A DNA stretch of 64,000 nucleotides from Promethearchaeati archaeon (GCA_013166775.1 JABLTJ010000003.1:128001-192000); one strand, 5' to 3'; counted from the stretch's first letter, positions 40,403-50,790 are shown. Translations and numbers: made by a program. The notes: generated from the sequence alone by a model not told the origin.

Positions 40403-41611
40403 CTAAATTGAAGATAATACTTTAAGCATTTTTTTCTTTAAAATTTTAATTTCTTCCTCTTTTATTGTTAATGGAGGTAGGAGTCTGATTAACTCTTTTT
40501 GAGTACTGTATCCAATAATAATTCCTTCTTGCAATAATTTGTTTTTAATGGTGTAAATGATCTCTTCAGTAGTCATATTACTACTTGATTTAATTTGAAT
40601 TGCAAAAATCATACCGAATGATCTTACCTCTTTTATGCAAGGATGAGTAAGCGATCGGAAGAAGGAATCGAGAAGATTGATTTTCGATTGGATATTCTCT
40701 AATATCTTTTCCTCTGCAAAAACATCAATAACTGAGTTCACTATTGCAGCACCAAGCGGATCTAATTGATGAGACTGAGCATAGTAGAGCTCTGAAGAGG
40801 AACATTTTGTTTCAAATTGAGACTGTGTGATGACTGCACTAACAGGATACCCATTTCCTAATGCTTTTCCTAAGACTATCACATCAGGAGTAATTTCAAA
40901 GATTTCGTAGCCAAACTTTTTTCCTGTTCTACCAAATCCTGTGGTAACCTCATCAATAACTACAAGTCCTCCAACATTTTTTGTTTTCTCACAGATGTAT
41001 TGAATAAAACTTGCACATGGTTTAAAAATACCTCCGCTAACCATAATTGGTTCTAGAACAAAACAAGCGATTTCATCTTTGTTTGTTTTGAAAATAAAGT
41101 CAATTGATTCTTTGTGTTTTTCTAAACAATCGCAATCAGTTTTATCACATATAGGATATCTAATTTTCAGCTTAGATTGTTTAGAAGAAGTGAAAGAAGA
41201 TTCTTTTGATTGACCATAAGCACCAAGATAGGAATCTTGTAGAGATAAAACTTTTTCTCTCTTTGTTACTTTCTTAGCAAAACTAATACTAAATTCCATT
41301 GCTTCGCTTCCACTGTTTAAGAAAGTTATCTTATCGTAATCGTTTGGAAGGAAGTTAAGTAATCTCTCTGCAGCTTCAAGAGTTGCGGGAGTAAGAAACA
41401 TCTTGTTTCGGTGCCAAATTTTATCTGCTTGATCTTTTATTGCTTCAACTGTTTTAGGGTGATTATGACCTAAATTAACACACCACATTCCTGATTCGCA
41501 ATCAAGATACTTTTTGCCATTTGTGTCCCAAACCCATGATCCTACAGCTTTATGTAACAATAATGATTCAAATTCATTTGTTTTTAGAATGTGAGATTGC
41601 ATCTTAGACAA
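40403..41611 (-). CDS. Class III PLP-dependent aminotransferase
   Basis: LGHNHP, NSGSEA, EPI, DEVTTGFGRTG, PDVIVLGKALGNG motifs. Confidence 0.92.
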   Translation of the reverse strand: MSKMQSHILKTNEFESLLLHKAVGSWVWDTNGKKYLDCESGMWCVNLGHNHPKTVEAIKDQADKIWHRNKMFLTPATLEAAERLLNFLPNDYDKITFLNSGSEAMEFSISFAKKVTKREKVLSLQDSYLGAYGQSKESSFTSSKQSKLKIRYPICDKTDCDCLEKHKESIDFIFKTNKDEIACFVLEPIMVSGGIFKPCASFIQYICEKTKNVGGLVVIDEVTTGFGRTGKKFGYEIFEITPDVIVLGKALGNGYPVSAVITQSQFETKCSSSELYYAQSHQLDPLGAAIVNSVIDVFAEEKILENIQSKINLLDSFFRSLTHPCIKEVRSFGMIFAIQIKSSSNMTTEEIIYTIKNKLLQEGIIIGYSTQKELIRLLPPLTIKEEEIKILKKKMLKVLSSI

Positions 41612-42040
41612 ATATGTATCTATTAGAATTTTAATTAATTTATCTGAATGTATATGCTCTCAAACTGTTATTATTACTCATATTAAATTTTGTTCTGAAT
41701 TCAATCGTTTCTTAAGTTAGAGATTATATCAGTGAGACTTAGATTGTATGTGCTCTGAAAAATTTCATAATTTTTAATCATATCACTTGATGAGATAACA
41801 ATCTCACAAAAAGAGAAACGTATATAAATGCCAGTTGAGCTACTAGCTAAAATCTATGAAATAAAGAACTGAAAATAGAATAGATTGATACATTGGTATA
41901 AAATAGGGATGCAGTCTAAGGAAATTCAGAACAATAATTTGGTACATCTAGAATCAGAAGTTTAGTGTTTTTCTTGCATTCCTACTTTATATATCAATGT
42001 CTAATAAGTCATTAAGTAAGAAAAATCATGAGTAGATTAT

Positions 42041-43039
42041 ATGACTGATATATTGAGTTTTAAACAAAAGTTAATTGATAAGGATAATCCTCCAGAAAAA
42101 ACTGAAGCTGCAATTTCCCTTCTTACAGATTTTCATAATTATCTGCAAGAGCGAGATAAAACTTTCCTAAAAATTACAGATGAAGATTTCTATGCATTTT
42201 CAAATCATTTAATCAAGAATGAAACAAATACGCGTTTCAACTATGAAATAATAATAACATTTGGTCATTTTTTAAATAATAAAAATCTAGTAAGATTAGG
42301 AAGAGAAGTATTCGATGGAATAGAAGTTATAGAAAATTTATCAAAGAGATTAACAGAAGAATATAGTAAAGATTTCAGAGATAAAATTTTTGGAAGAATG
42401 GATTTACCCCCTTTAGGACTAGATCCTAAGGCTAAACCAGATTATACAAAGAAATTGATTAGTAAGCTTGTAGAGGAGATCGGAGAAGTAGAGAGTGAAA
42501 AATTCCTAGCCAAAGGATTAAGAGATTCTTACTATGAGTGGAGGAAACCGGATCGTGAGAAATTCCTTAAAGCAAAAAATATTGATGAATTTCTTAAAGA
42601 AAAAAGAGAAAGGCAAATTGAAAACCTTGAGAAGCATAGAGACGAAGAAACGCTTTATTTCACTCAAGAAATTAATGATGATGTTGTTGAATATGTCAAA
42701 AACGATCTACGAATAGAAACAGGTGTAAGAGAAGGGAATATTCTTACCACAACTAAAATTCCTCATGAAACATTAAAATTCTTGAATGAAACAGATGAGA
42801 AGATGAAAGCATACTACTATTGTCATTGTCCTTGGGTCAAAGAAGCAATAAAAGATGGAACTGTTGACCAAATCCCAGATGTTTTCTGCAACTGCAGTGG
42901 TGGATATTATAGAAGCTATTGGGAAATAGTTCTTGATCAACCTGTAGAAGTAAAAACTCTGAAAACTGTTATTAGAGGAGATCCTGTTTGCGAATTTGCT
43001 ATTGAGCTTCCAGAAAACGTAGTAGAAAATTTGAACTAG
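42041..43039 (+). CDS. Hypothetical protein with Cys-rich C-terminal V4R/DUF6144-like domain
   Basis: YCHCPW, FCNCSGG and GDPVCEFAI motifs. Confidence 0.65.
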   Translation: MTDILSFKQKLIDKDNPPEKTEAAISLLTDFHNYLQERDKTFLKITDEDFYAFSNHLIKNETNTRFNYEIIITFGHFLNNKNLVRLGREVFDGIEVIENLSKRLTEEYSKDFRDKIFGRMDLPPLGLDPKAKPDYTKKLISKLVEEIGEVESEKFLAKGLRDSYYEWRKPDREKFLKAKNIDEFLKEKRERQIENLEKHRDEETLYFTQEINDDVVEYVKNDLRIETGVREGNILTTTKIPHETLKFLNETDEKMKAYYYCHCPWVKEAIKDGTVDQIPDVFCNCSGGYYRSYWEIVLDQPVEVKTLKTVIRGDPVCEFAIELPENVVENLN

Positions 43040-43114
43040 CTAGATAGTATTTGTCAGATTTTTACTCCCTTTTTCATTTTACATTCTGAAAAAATATCTT
43101 TAACAATATCAATT

Positions 43115-43615
43115 TTAAGAAACTTTTTTCATTATTTCTCTCGCAAACTCTTTAGCACGTTCTATCCTTTTTTCATCAGGTTGACCCTTTGATTTTGGAC
43201 TTTCTTGTGCAAAATAACGTAGCGTTGGATTTTCTGATTTGTTCAATGAATCTATTACCATTTGAGCTACTTCTCCTTGATAATTAGATAATCCCAAGAA
43301 TTCTGCTGAATTATCTAAAGAATCACGACATTGTTCTAACCATGGAGTGAGATAATCACTAAACTCTGGAGATCCATGTGTGACAAATAAAGCGATTCTT
43401 TTGTTTGAAGAATTCTTTTCTAGAAATTCTTTTACATTATTAGAAGGTCCAAAATTTTCTATTGGAAATCCAAAGAAAATTATATCATAACCATTAAGAT
43501 TTTCTAATTCATCCAGCTTCTTGATTTCTTTATCAGTCTTTATCTCTTCAAAAATCGCTTTAGCTATTTTTCCAGTGTTATTGGTTCGTGTCAAATATGC
43601 TACTAAAACTTTCAT
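43115..43615 (-). CDS. Flavodoxin-like protein
   Basis: VAYLTRTNNTGKIA FMN loop, GFP, ALFVTHG. Confidence 0.88.
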   Translation of the reverse strand: MKVLVAYLTRTNNTGKIAKAIFEEIKTDKEIKKLDELENLNGYDIIFFGFPIENFGPSNNVKEFLEKNSSNKRIALFVTHGSPEFSDYLTPWLEQCRDSLDNSAEFLGLSNYQGEVAQMVIDSLNKSENPTLRYFAQESPKSKGQPDEKRIERAKEFAREIMKKVS

Positions 43616-43703
43616 TTATTCATGAATATTTTATTTATATAATAAATTTTTTCTTGTTAAGTAAATAGAAAAAACTTAGGAAAAAATCAAGTTTGGGAAG
43701 TAA

Positions 43704-44621
43704 TTAGCTTGTTTGAATTGCTTGTTTAAATTCCTTCAAAGTATGATTATAATCTGCAATTCCTTTTTCAGTTTGATAAGATTTTATATTCAGTTTCAGT
43801 TCATCTACTGTTTTTACACCAAAAACTACTGTTTCAGCTCCTGAGTCTAATCCATAATTAAAGCATTGAGCAGGTGTTGTAGGTTTATTCAGTGTTAATG
43901 TGAATCTATTCCCTCCGCAGAAATAAGCAGGATAATCAGTTTTCTTAGTTGTGAATGCCTTTCCTTTCAGAAGATTCTTTATTGCAATCACAGCTATACT
44001 TCTTTCTTTGCAGCATTGTATAAGCTTCTTTGTTGAATCCAGAATACCTGTAGCAAAATTTAAGGGTAACATTATGACATCGAGTTCATTCTCTTCTATG
44101 ATCTTAATAAGTAAATCAGGTTTATGAGCGCTTAAACCAACTGCTTTAGCTTTTCCTTCCTTCTTGAGCTGAAAGGCATAATCGAGCAGACCATTTTTAA
44201 CAACTTTCTCATAATCTTCTGAGTGAGTTACAAATTGAATCAATGCAATATCTGCATAATCAACATCTAGATTATCAAGCATTCCTTCATATGTTTGCTT
44301 TATTTTGTTTAATGAGCGTGTCTTTGAATGACCATTAGCTTTTTCGTTGTAAAAACTACCCAAATGTGTAGTGAAGGTGATTTTTTCTCTTTTATCTTTA
44401 ATAAATTCTCTGAAAACATCAAAGAAATAAGGTAAATTGAAAACTAGATCAAAGTGAGTTATACCAGACTTGTAAGCTTCATCTAAAATTAATTTGCTGT
44501 TTTCATCTCGTGTCAAATTAGTAGCTTTCCGCACTCCTCTAGCAAAGTGCTCAATGCCTAAACCCAATGTACTGAGATTTATTCCATTTGATTGATTTTT
44601 CTTATTTGAATCCTTACTCAT
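43704..44621 (-). CDS. Aldo/keto reductase family protein (divergent)
   Basis: LGLG, GITHFD, LKKEGKAKAVGLSAH, G.KTVDEL. Canonical DTAxxY and catalytic Lys appear altered. Confidence 0.75.
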   Translation of the reverse strand: MSKDSNKKNQSNGINLSTLGLGIEHFARGVRKATNLTRDENSKLILDEAYKSGITHFDLVFNLPYFFDVFREFIKDKREKITFTTHLGSFYNEKANGHSKTRSLNKIKQTYEGMLDNLDVDYADIALIQFVTHSEDYEKVVKNGLLDYAFQLKKEGKAKAVGLSAHKPDLLIKIIEENELDVIMLPLNFATGILDSTKKLIQCCKERSIAVIAIKNLLKGKAFTTKKTDYPAYFCGGNRFTLTLNKPTTPAQCFNYGLDSGAETVVFGVKTVDELKLNIKSYQTEKGIADYNHTLKEFKQAIQTS

Positions 44622-44833
44622 TATGAAAGTTTCTTAATAATTCAATATAAAAAGATGAACACAGCATAAGGACTGAAATAACAGTTAAATAACCGTTTTA
44701 AGGACTGGATACACAGAATCTTAATACTTCTATTTAATCTCTCCATCCTTTCTTAACAAAGGGAATCTACTCCTTCCTACTTTTTTTGGTTTTAAAGGAC
44801 AACTTTTTTATCTTATAAATTCGAATTTTTCTT

Positions 44834-45226
44834 GTGATCAAAATGATTGAGGAAGAAAGTAGTTCTACTGATTTAGCACAAACAATTTTTAATGAAGTTA
44901 TGGATGAAATTGAAGAAGAAATAATGGATGGTTTAGGAGAATTAATCACTGAAGAAAAACTCAAAACCATAATAACAGAGATTCAAGAAGCTGTTAAAGA
45001 AAAAATATCTGAAATAATTCCTGAAGATGTTTCAGAAGATATTTCAGAAGTTCAGAAGTTCATTATTGGGGAAAAAATCGCTCGAGTTGTTACAAAGGAT
45101 GCAAAAACAAAACTAGCCGATTTAGTCTCAGTAATTGTAGAGAAGACCTACGAAGTATTGTATGAACTTCGAAATGAGATTATTGAGGAAGTCTTTGAAG
45201 AAACAGAGATAGAGGAAGAAGAGTAA
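44834..45226 (+). CDS. Small highly acidic helical hypothetical protein
   Basis: 130 aa, about 30% Asp+Glu, poly-Glu C-terminus. Confidence 0.65.
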   Translation: MIKMIEEESSSTDLAQTIFNEVMDEIEEEIMDGLGELITEEKLKTIITEIQEAVKEKISEIIPEDVSEDISEVQKFIIGEKIARVVTKDAKTKLADLVSVIVEKTYEVLYELRNEIIEEVFEETEIEEEE

Positions 45227-45231
45227 TTTTT

Positions 45232-46059
45232 CTATTCCTTCCATTCTTTTGGAGCAACAACAGGTGGATGCACAAATCGGCGAATTATTGAAATTTCATC
45301 AATTTTATGTAAATCCTCTATAGGTAATTGAATATCTATTGCTCCAAAGTTATCTTTCAAATGGTTTAAACTTGTTGCTTTTGGAATTGGAAATGCACCC
45401 TTACTAATCACCCAAGCTAAACATACTTGAGCTGCACTTACCTCATTTCTTTTTGCTATTTCTTGTATTGCTGTATCTTTTAGCGCATGTCCTCTAGCTA
45501 ATGGAGAATATGAAACTACTTGAATTCCTTTTTTACTATGATGTTCAAGTAATCGTTTTTGTTGAAGGTAAGGGTGGTGTTCAATTTGATTTACAAAGAT
45601 TGGTTTGTCACAAACTTCCAGAGCTTCATCAATCATATTAGGAGTGAAATTGGAGACACCTATCTGTCTAACTCTACCTTCATCAATCAACTTGCTAATT
45701 GCTCCCAAAGTTTTCTTGTGAGAATATCCCAAAAGAAAAGCAGGAAAATGTACATATAAGATGTCAATAAAATCTAGTTTTAGTTTTTTGAGAGATACAT
45801 CAGTTGATTTCAAAACTGATTTTGGTCTAAGCTTGAGAGGATGAAGTTTAGTAGCTACTGACACTTCATCTCTTTTGACAATCCCATTATCAAAAATCTC
45901 TTGCAGTCCTTCTCCCACATACTGTTCATTTCCATATCCTTGTGCGGTATCAACATGTCTATACCCAAGTTTTATTCCTTCAATGGTAGAATATTTAGCT
46001 GCAGATTTTTTAAGCATCCAAGTTCCTAAACCAATTTTTGGTAGTATCAATTCAGACAT
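45232..46059 (-). CDS. Aldo/keto reductase (2,5-DKG reductase-like)
   Basis: GLGTW, DTAQGYGNE, ATKL, IGVSNF, NQIEHHP, YSPL, PIPK. Confidence 0.93.
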   Translation of the reverse strand: MSELILPKIGLGTWMLKKSAAKYSTIEGIKLGYRHVDTAQGYGNEQYVGEGLQEIFDNGIVKRDEVSVATKLHPLKLRPKSVLKSTDVSLKKLKLDFIDILYVHFPAFLLGYSHKKTLGAISKLIDEGRVRQIGVSNFTPNMIDEALEVCDKPIFVNQIEHHPYLQQKRLLEHHSKKGIQVVSYSPLARGHALKDTAIQEIAKRNEVSAAQVCLAWVISKGAFPIPKATSLNHLKDNFGAIDIQLPIEDLHKIDEISIIRRFVHPPVVAPKEWKE

Positions 46060-46147
46060 AATCTATTTTTTTTCTCTACATATAAAAAATCTTTGCAAAA
46101 AATAGCTTTTTATCATTTCTACCTAATATTTTAATAATAAATAGAAA

Positions 46148-47728
46148 ATGAAGATTATGGAATACCGAATGGTATTTGATGTTGGTTCCACTGCTGTAAA
46201 ATGTGCTATAGCTGATGAGAATAATAATTTGGTTTCTATTGAATCTTTCATTCCTAAAGCAATTAGTTTTGCTGACGGTTTTGGGAGAATTAGAGACTCA
46301 GTTACTTATTGGGAGAATATACTGAAACTTGCAGAGAATTCTATAAAGAGAGCAAATATTAATCCAAAAAATATACGATATCTTACTTCTACTGCAATTA
46401 GACCTAGTGTTGTATTCAGTGATGAAGATTTGAATGCTGTTTACATAGGTGCTAGTTTTGATATTATAGGTATGGAGTATGGCGATGAAATTGAAGAGAA
46501 ATTCATGGAACTAAGTGAAGATACTTTATATCAAAGAACAGGGCATTTTCCAAATTTCTATATGGTGCCAGCAAGATTGGAATGGTTACGAAATAATCCA
46601 GAGATGTTGGATGGAAAGAGAATAGCTCATTATTTCCCAGTAGATAGCTGGATTCTAGCTAAATTAGGAGGAGAAATACACACAAACAAATCTAGTGCAA
46701 TGGAATCAGGTTTCTTTGATGTAGAAAAGGAAATTTGGATGGAAGAATGGTTGTCAATCTTCGATTTGGAAGATGATTTTTTTCCTTACCATGTCCTATC
46801 TGGAGAAATAATTGGGCATGTATCTGAATTTGTTCAAGAAAGGTTAGGTCTCGATTCTGAAGCTGAAATTGTTGCAGGTTTACCTGATACTCAAGCTGCT
46901 CTGTTAGCTACAAACTCAATAACTCCAGGATGGATAGGTATTGTTCTCGGAACTACTACACCTGTGCAAGCTGTAGCAGATAAGTATCACGTAGATCCTG
47001 AAATACATACATGGTCATCTGGAATTTTTATCAAGAATTTGTGCAAAAACTACATTGTAGAAGCAAGTTCAGGAATAACAGGGCAACTTATCAATTGGGC
47101 AGCACGTATGTTTGATTCTGAACAAAAGCAGGAATTCTCTGATCCTACAATAGAACAATATGAAACACTTAGAGTACGATACAAGAAATTTGATGAAATT
47201 GAAGAAGCATCTTCAGAAGAAAATATTACCTCTCAAGCTGTATACGCAAGTTTAGGTCCCATGCCTTTAGCTACCACTCACACTGATAGAATGGCTGGTG
47301 AGTTTTATTTTCCAAGTCCAAGTGGAGTAGAAGAATCTTATCTTCATCAAAATCAGTTTATTGGTGCTGTTTTTGATAACATTACATTTGCAATTTCAAA
47401 AAATGTTGAATATGCAAAGAAGATTGCTAAATTAGATGAAGTTTCTTTATCAATTTCAGGAGGAATATCAAGATTCTCATTGTTATGTCAGAGAACATCA
47501 GACCTATTAAACAAACCTTTGCATTATTTGAAAAGACCTGAATCTTCTATCTACGGACTTCTGAAGCTATGTGATATAGCTAGTGGAAAAATCAGAAATA
47601 TGGCTGATTTGAAAAAACAATCAGCAGAGAAGAATGAATTCCAAACAATGGAACCTCGAATATCAATGACTAAAAAACTACAATTAAAATATGAAAGATG
47701 GTTGCAGATTGTGGACTTTAATCTATAA
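46148..47728 (+). CDS. FGGY family carbohydrate kinase
   Basis: DVGSTAVK phosphate-1 motif, PARLEWL, PDTQAA, LGTT, SGGIS. Confidence 0.85.
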   Translation: MKIMEYRMVFDVGSTAVKCAIADENNNLVSIESFIPKAISFADGFGRIRDSVTYWENILKLAENSIKRANINPKNIRYLTSTAIRPSVVFSDEDLNAVYIGASFDIIGMEYGDEIEEKFMELSEDTLYQRTGHFPNFYMVPARLEWLRNNPEMLDGKRIAHYFPVDSWILAKLGGEIHTNKSSAMESGFFDVEKEIWMEEWLSIFDLEDDFFPYHVLSGEIIGHVSEFVQERLGLDSEAEIVAGLPDTQAALLATNSITPGWIGIVLGTTTPVQAVADKYHVDPEIHTWSSGIFIKNLCKNYIVEASSGITGQLINWAARMFDSEQKQEFSDPTIEQYETLRVRYKKFDEIEEASSEENITSQAVYASLGPMPLATTHTDRMAGEFYFPSPSGVEESYLHQNQFIGAVFDNITFAISKNVEYAKKIAKLDEVSLSISGGISRFSLLCQRTSDLLNKPLHYLKRPESSIYGLLKLCDIASGKIRNMADLKKQSAEKNEFQTMEPRISMTKKLQLKYERWLQIVDFNL

Positions 47729-49459
47729 TCAACCAAAATTCAAATCCTTCATAATGTCAAACATCTCTTTTTCTGCTTCCTCTGCTTCTTCAGGAATCGC
47801 ATATACAGTTCCTAACAAAGCAGCTCTATATTGGATTTTAGCTGCCATTTCAACTTGCTGACATACAATCCACGCTTGTTCCAATGAAGCTCCACAACCT
47901 ACATTACCGTGATTTGCTATGAAAACAGCTAAGTTTTCTCCAAGAGCGTCCACTGCATTGTTTGCTAAATCATCTGTTCCTGCCATTCCGAATTCAGCAA
48001 CTTCACAACCACCAATAAAAGGAATAACTTCATCAACTATAGGGCCTATAGGCATTCGTGCAATTGATAAAGCAGTTGAGTACGGAGCATGAGAATGAAC
48101 TATTGCTTTGATATCTTCTCTTTCTCGATATATTGCTTGATGAAGTCTCCTCTCAGAAGTTGGATTTCTTGAACCAACTATTGTGTTTCCCTCTTCATCA
48201 ATAAGAACAAGATCTTCTACCTGCATATCTTCATATTTAACTGTACTAGGAGTGACTAAGTATGCATCTTGACCATTAGGTAATTTGACTCGAGCGGAAG
48301 CATTACCTGCTGTTCCAATTATGAAACCTTTGTCTATCATTTCATTACAAATGTTAATTATTTGTTGTCCTTGTCTTGCATAATTTTGAAGAGAAATTTC
48401 GATATCTTCAAATTCATCTTTTTTAACTTGAGTTTCAACTGAAGCATTTCCCTTCAGCACTTCAGGATTTTTTACATTATCGGGAATTTGATTGTTGAGG
48501 ATTTGTTTTATTCCGTTGACCATCAGCATTGAATGTTTGTGGTTAGTATCGAATGTATCTCCTCCAATGTGAGGTGTAACAATGACATTATCGAGTTCCA
48601 GAAACTCGTTATCTTGATCAACTGGTTCTATTGAAAAAACATCCAAAGCTGCTCCAGCAATCTTCTTCTCTTTTAGTGCATCTAGAAGAGAATATTCATC
48701 CACGATTGATGCTCTAGCTGTGTTGATGAAAAGAGCATGTGGTTGAATAAGTTTAATTTGTTTTTCTCCTATCATGTCATCTGTTTCATCTGTAGGAGGA
48801 CAATGCAGTGTAATTATGTCTGATCTAGATAATAAATCCTCTAGATCAACTGATTCTCCATTAATTGCATCTAATCTGCTCTGATTTACATAAGGGTCAT
48901 TGACTAAGAATTTGACTCTGAATGGCAGTAAAAGCTTTGCTACAGAAAATCCAATTCTTCCTAATCCTATTATACCCACTGTTTTTCCTTGTAATTCAAA
49001 ACCCTTGAACAAATTATAATATTTGATATAATCTTCAAACTCGTTAACTTCAAACTCATTTTCGGAATGAAGAATACGTTCAACTGAATGTAATTTTCGT
49101 GCAAGAGCTAATATTAACCCAATAGTCAACTCTGCAACTGATATGGTATTTCTATCTGGAGCATAAAGCACCGGTATCCCTTTCTCTGTTGCAGTTTCTA
49201 AATCAATATTATTTGGATCTCCTCGAGTTGAACCAATGATTTTAAGGTCAACATTTTCGATAACAGTTTTTTTGACATTATCGCCCTCACAAATGAAGAT
49301 TTCAGCATCTACCTCTTTTATTTTTCGAATAAGATCTTCATCCTTGAAATATAGATTCTTTGTTGTTCTCCAACTTTCGTAAACTATTTCATCATTCAAA
49401 ATAGCTTTTAGTTCTTCGAGAGCTTCTGAAGAGAATTCTGCTGTAATAAACGCTTTCAT
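47729..49459 (-). CDS. Fusion of D-isomer-specific 2-hydroxyacid dehydrogenase and class II aldolase/adducin domain
   Basis: N-terminal GIIGLGRIG, INTAR, LDVF..EP, TPHIGG. C-terminal GNASAR, VTPS, PTSE..LH, HSH, NHG. GAGGTG RBS upstream. Confidence 0.9.
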   Translation of the reverse strand: MKAFITAEFSSEALEELKAILNDEIVYESWRTTKNLYFKDEDLIRKIKEVDAEIFICEGDNVKKTVIENVDLKIIGSTRGDPNNIDLETATEKGIPVLYAPDRNTISVAELTIGLILALARKLHSVERILHSENEFEVNEFEDYIKYYNLFKGFELQGKTVGIIGLGRIGFSVAKLLLPFRVKFLVNDPYVNQSRLDAINGESVDLEDLLSRSDIITLHCPPTDETDDMIGEKQIKLIQPHALFINTARASIVDEYSLLDALKEKKIAGAALDVFSIEPVDQDNEFLELDNVIVTPHIGGDTFDTNHKHSMLMVNGIKQILNNQIPDNVKNPEVLKGNASVETQVKKDEFEDIEISLQNYARQGQQIINICNEMIDKGFIIGTAGNASARVKLPNGQDAYLVTPSTVKYEDMQVEDLVLIDEEGNTIVGSRNPTSERRLHQAIYREREDIKAIVHSHAPYSTALSIARMPIGPIVDEVIPFIGGCEVAEFGMAGTDDLANNAVDALGENLAVFIANHGNVGCGASLEQAWIVCQQVEMAAKIQYRAALLGTVYAIPEEAEEAEKEMFDIMKDLNFG

Positions 49460-49472
49460 TTTCTACACCTCA

Positions 49473-50348
49473 TTAAAACATTAATTTTCTCAATTTCAAC
49501 ATGTTTTTCATTTCACCTTTAACTTCTAAACTACCACTTGAATATGCTTTGATAGGATTGATTTGTTTGGTCATCATCTTTACAAAAACTGTTGAATCCA
49601 TATTTACCTGAACTGCTGCATTCTCATCAACACCTTCAGATAACTCCAGACCTTCTTCTCCATTAATCTTAAACAAAAATGATTTTGAAATATCTGGAAA
49701 TGTAATCATTAGTGTATTATGCCACTTTCTGAAAGCCTTTTTGACCTTTTCAGAGTTATACCGATCTACAATATTCTGAATCCCATCTGTATAACTGAAG
49801 TCAGAAGGAATTTGAGAAGGAGTAGATTTAGTAACAGTTTTAGCAACTTCAGGTACTGATTTTACTGGTTCTTCTTTCTTGAGTGAAGGTTTTTCAGTGA
49901 CACGTCTATCCGAAACTGTCTCTTCAGTAGAGCGTATTTTTTCTGTTTTTGATTGTGTATGGGGACGAATAATTTGTAATTTGCTTTGAGATTCATAAGA
50001 TGATTGATTTTTAGAGAAAGAACTTTCCAGTAGTTTGGGAAATATCTTATTTACTCTTCTAGAAAAAGATAGACTTCCAATGAATCCAAACAACAAAAGA
50101 GTCAATCCTAAAACTGCAAATACAATCATGAAAACTAGGAATAAATTGATTTCTAATGCATTCGTATTTTCAAAAAGACTGTATCTAGATAACAGATATG
50201 TTGCTAGCCCTAATAATCCAAAACCAGTAATCATAGATACTGTAAAAATCTCTGTTAAGCCTTTAATTTTCACTTCTTTTCTCTGTTCTACCATACAACT
50301 GTCTTTATTTTGAAGTTTATAAGAATTATCGCGAAATTTTAAAATCAA
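49473..50348 (-). CDS. Two-TM protein with C-terminal SCP2 (sterol carrier) lipid-binding domain (likely start ATG 50294)
   Basis: 2 TMs, S/T/K/E linker, then AAVQVNMDS.VFVKM...INP.KAYSSG.LEVKG. Confidence 0.85.
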   Translation of the reverse strand: MILKFRDNSYKLQNKDSCMVEQRKEVKIKGLTEIFTVSMITGFGLLGLATYLLSRYSLFENTNALEINLFLVFMIVFAVLGLTLLLFGFIGSLSFSRRVNKIFPKLLESSFSKNQSSYESQSKLQIIRPHTQSKTEKIRSTEETVSDRRVTEKPSLKKEEPVKSVPEVAKTVTKSTPSQIPSDFSYTDGIQNIVDRYNSEKVKKAFRKWHNTLMITFPDISKSFLFKINGEEGLELSEGVDENAAVQVNMDSTVFVKMMTKQINPIKAYSSGSLEVKGEMKNMLKLRKLMF

Positions 50349-50489
50349 AGTGCTTAAAAGGGTAGAATTTTCACCCTAAGAAGCTGTACCATATTTTATA
50401 AGTGTGAATACATCAAAAAAGAAGAAGAATCTTTGGAAAGATTTGTTAAGTATTAATAGTGCAGCAATTAATGTAGAAGAGGAATAAAA

Positions 50490-50726
50490 ATGAAAAAAAT
50501 TTTCAGATTCAAAGCTATATTTTTAATCATTGTATTTACAGGATTAATTATCTCTTCTCTATTATTCTTGTTAGTAAGCAGTTTATTCTGAGCAGAAATC
50601 AAAACTCTAAAAAAAAGATTCTTACCTACATTGAGCTTAGATTCAGAATCTGATAGAGTAATACTGGATGGTGGAATAAAAGACAGTTATATAGAAGATT
50701 CCTATCCTTTATTAGAAGATCCATAG
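50490..50726 (+). pseudogene. Possible remnant of a secreted-protein gene
   Basis: GAGGA RBS, signal-like MKKIFRFKAIFLIIVFTGLIISSLLFLL, in-frame TGA at 50589, then 44 further sense codons to TAG. Confidence 0.3.
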
Positions 50727-50790
50727 GAATACATGATTTCTCTAATTTACTACTATATCTTGTTCTAGCTAATTGATCTATTTCTCACCG

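Noticed and set aside
41612-42040. Long intergenic spacers (also 33796-34064 and 37840-38199) as ncRNA or MITE
   Set aside because: AT-rich, with no convincing GC-rich stems, terminal inverted repeats or tRNA cloverleaf visible by eye. An Infernal/Rfam scan would be needed.
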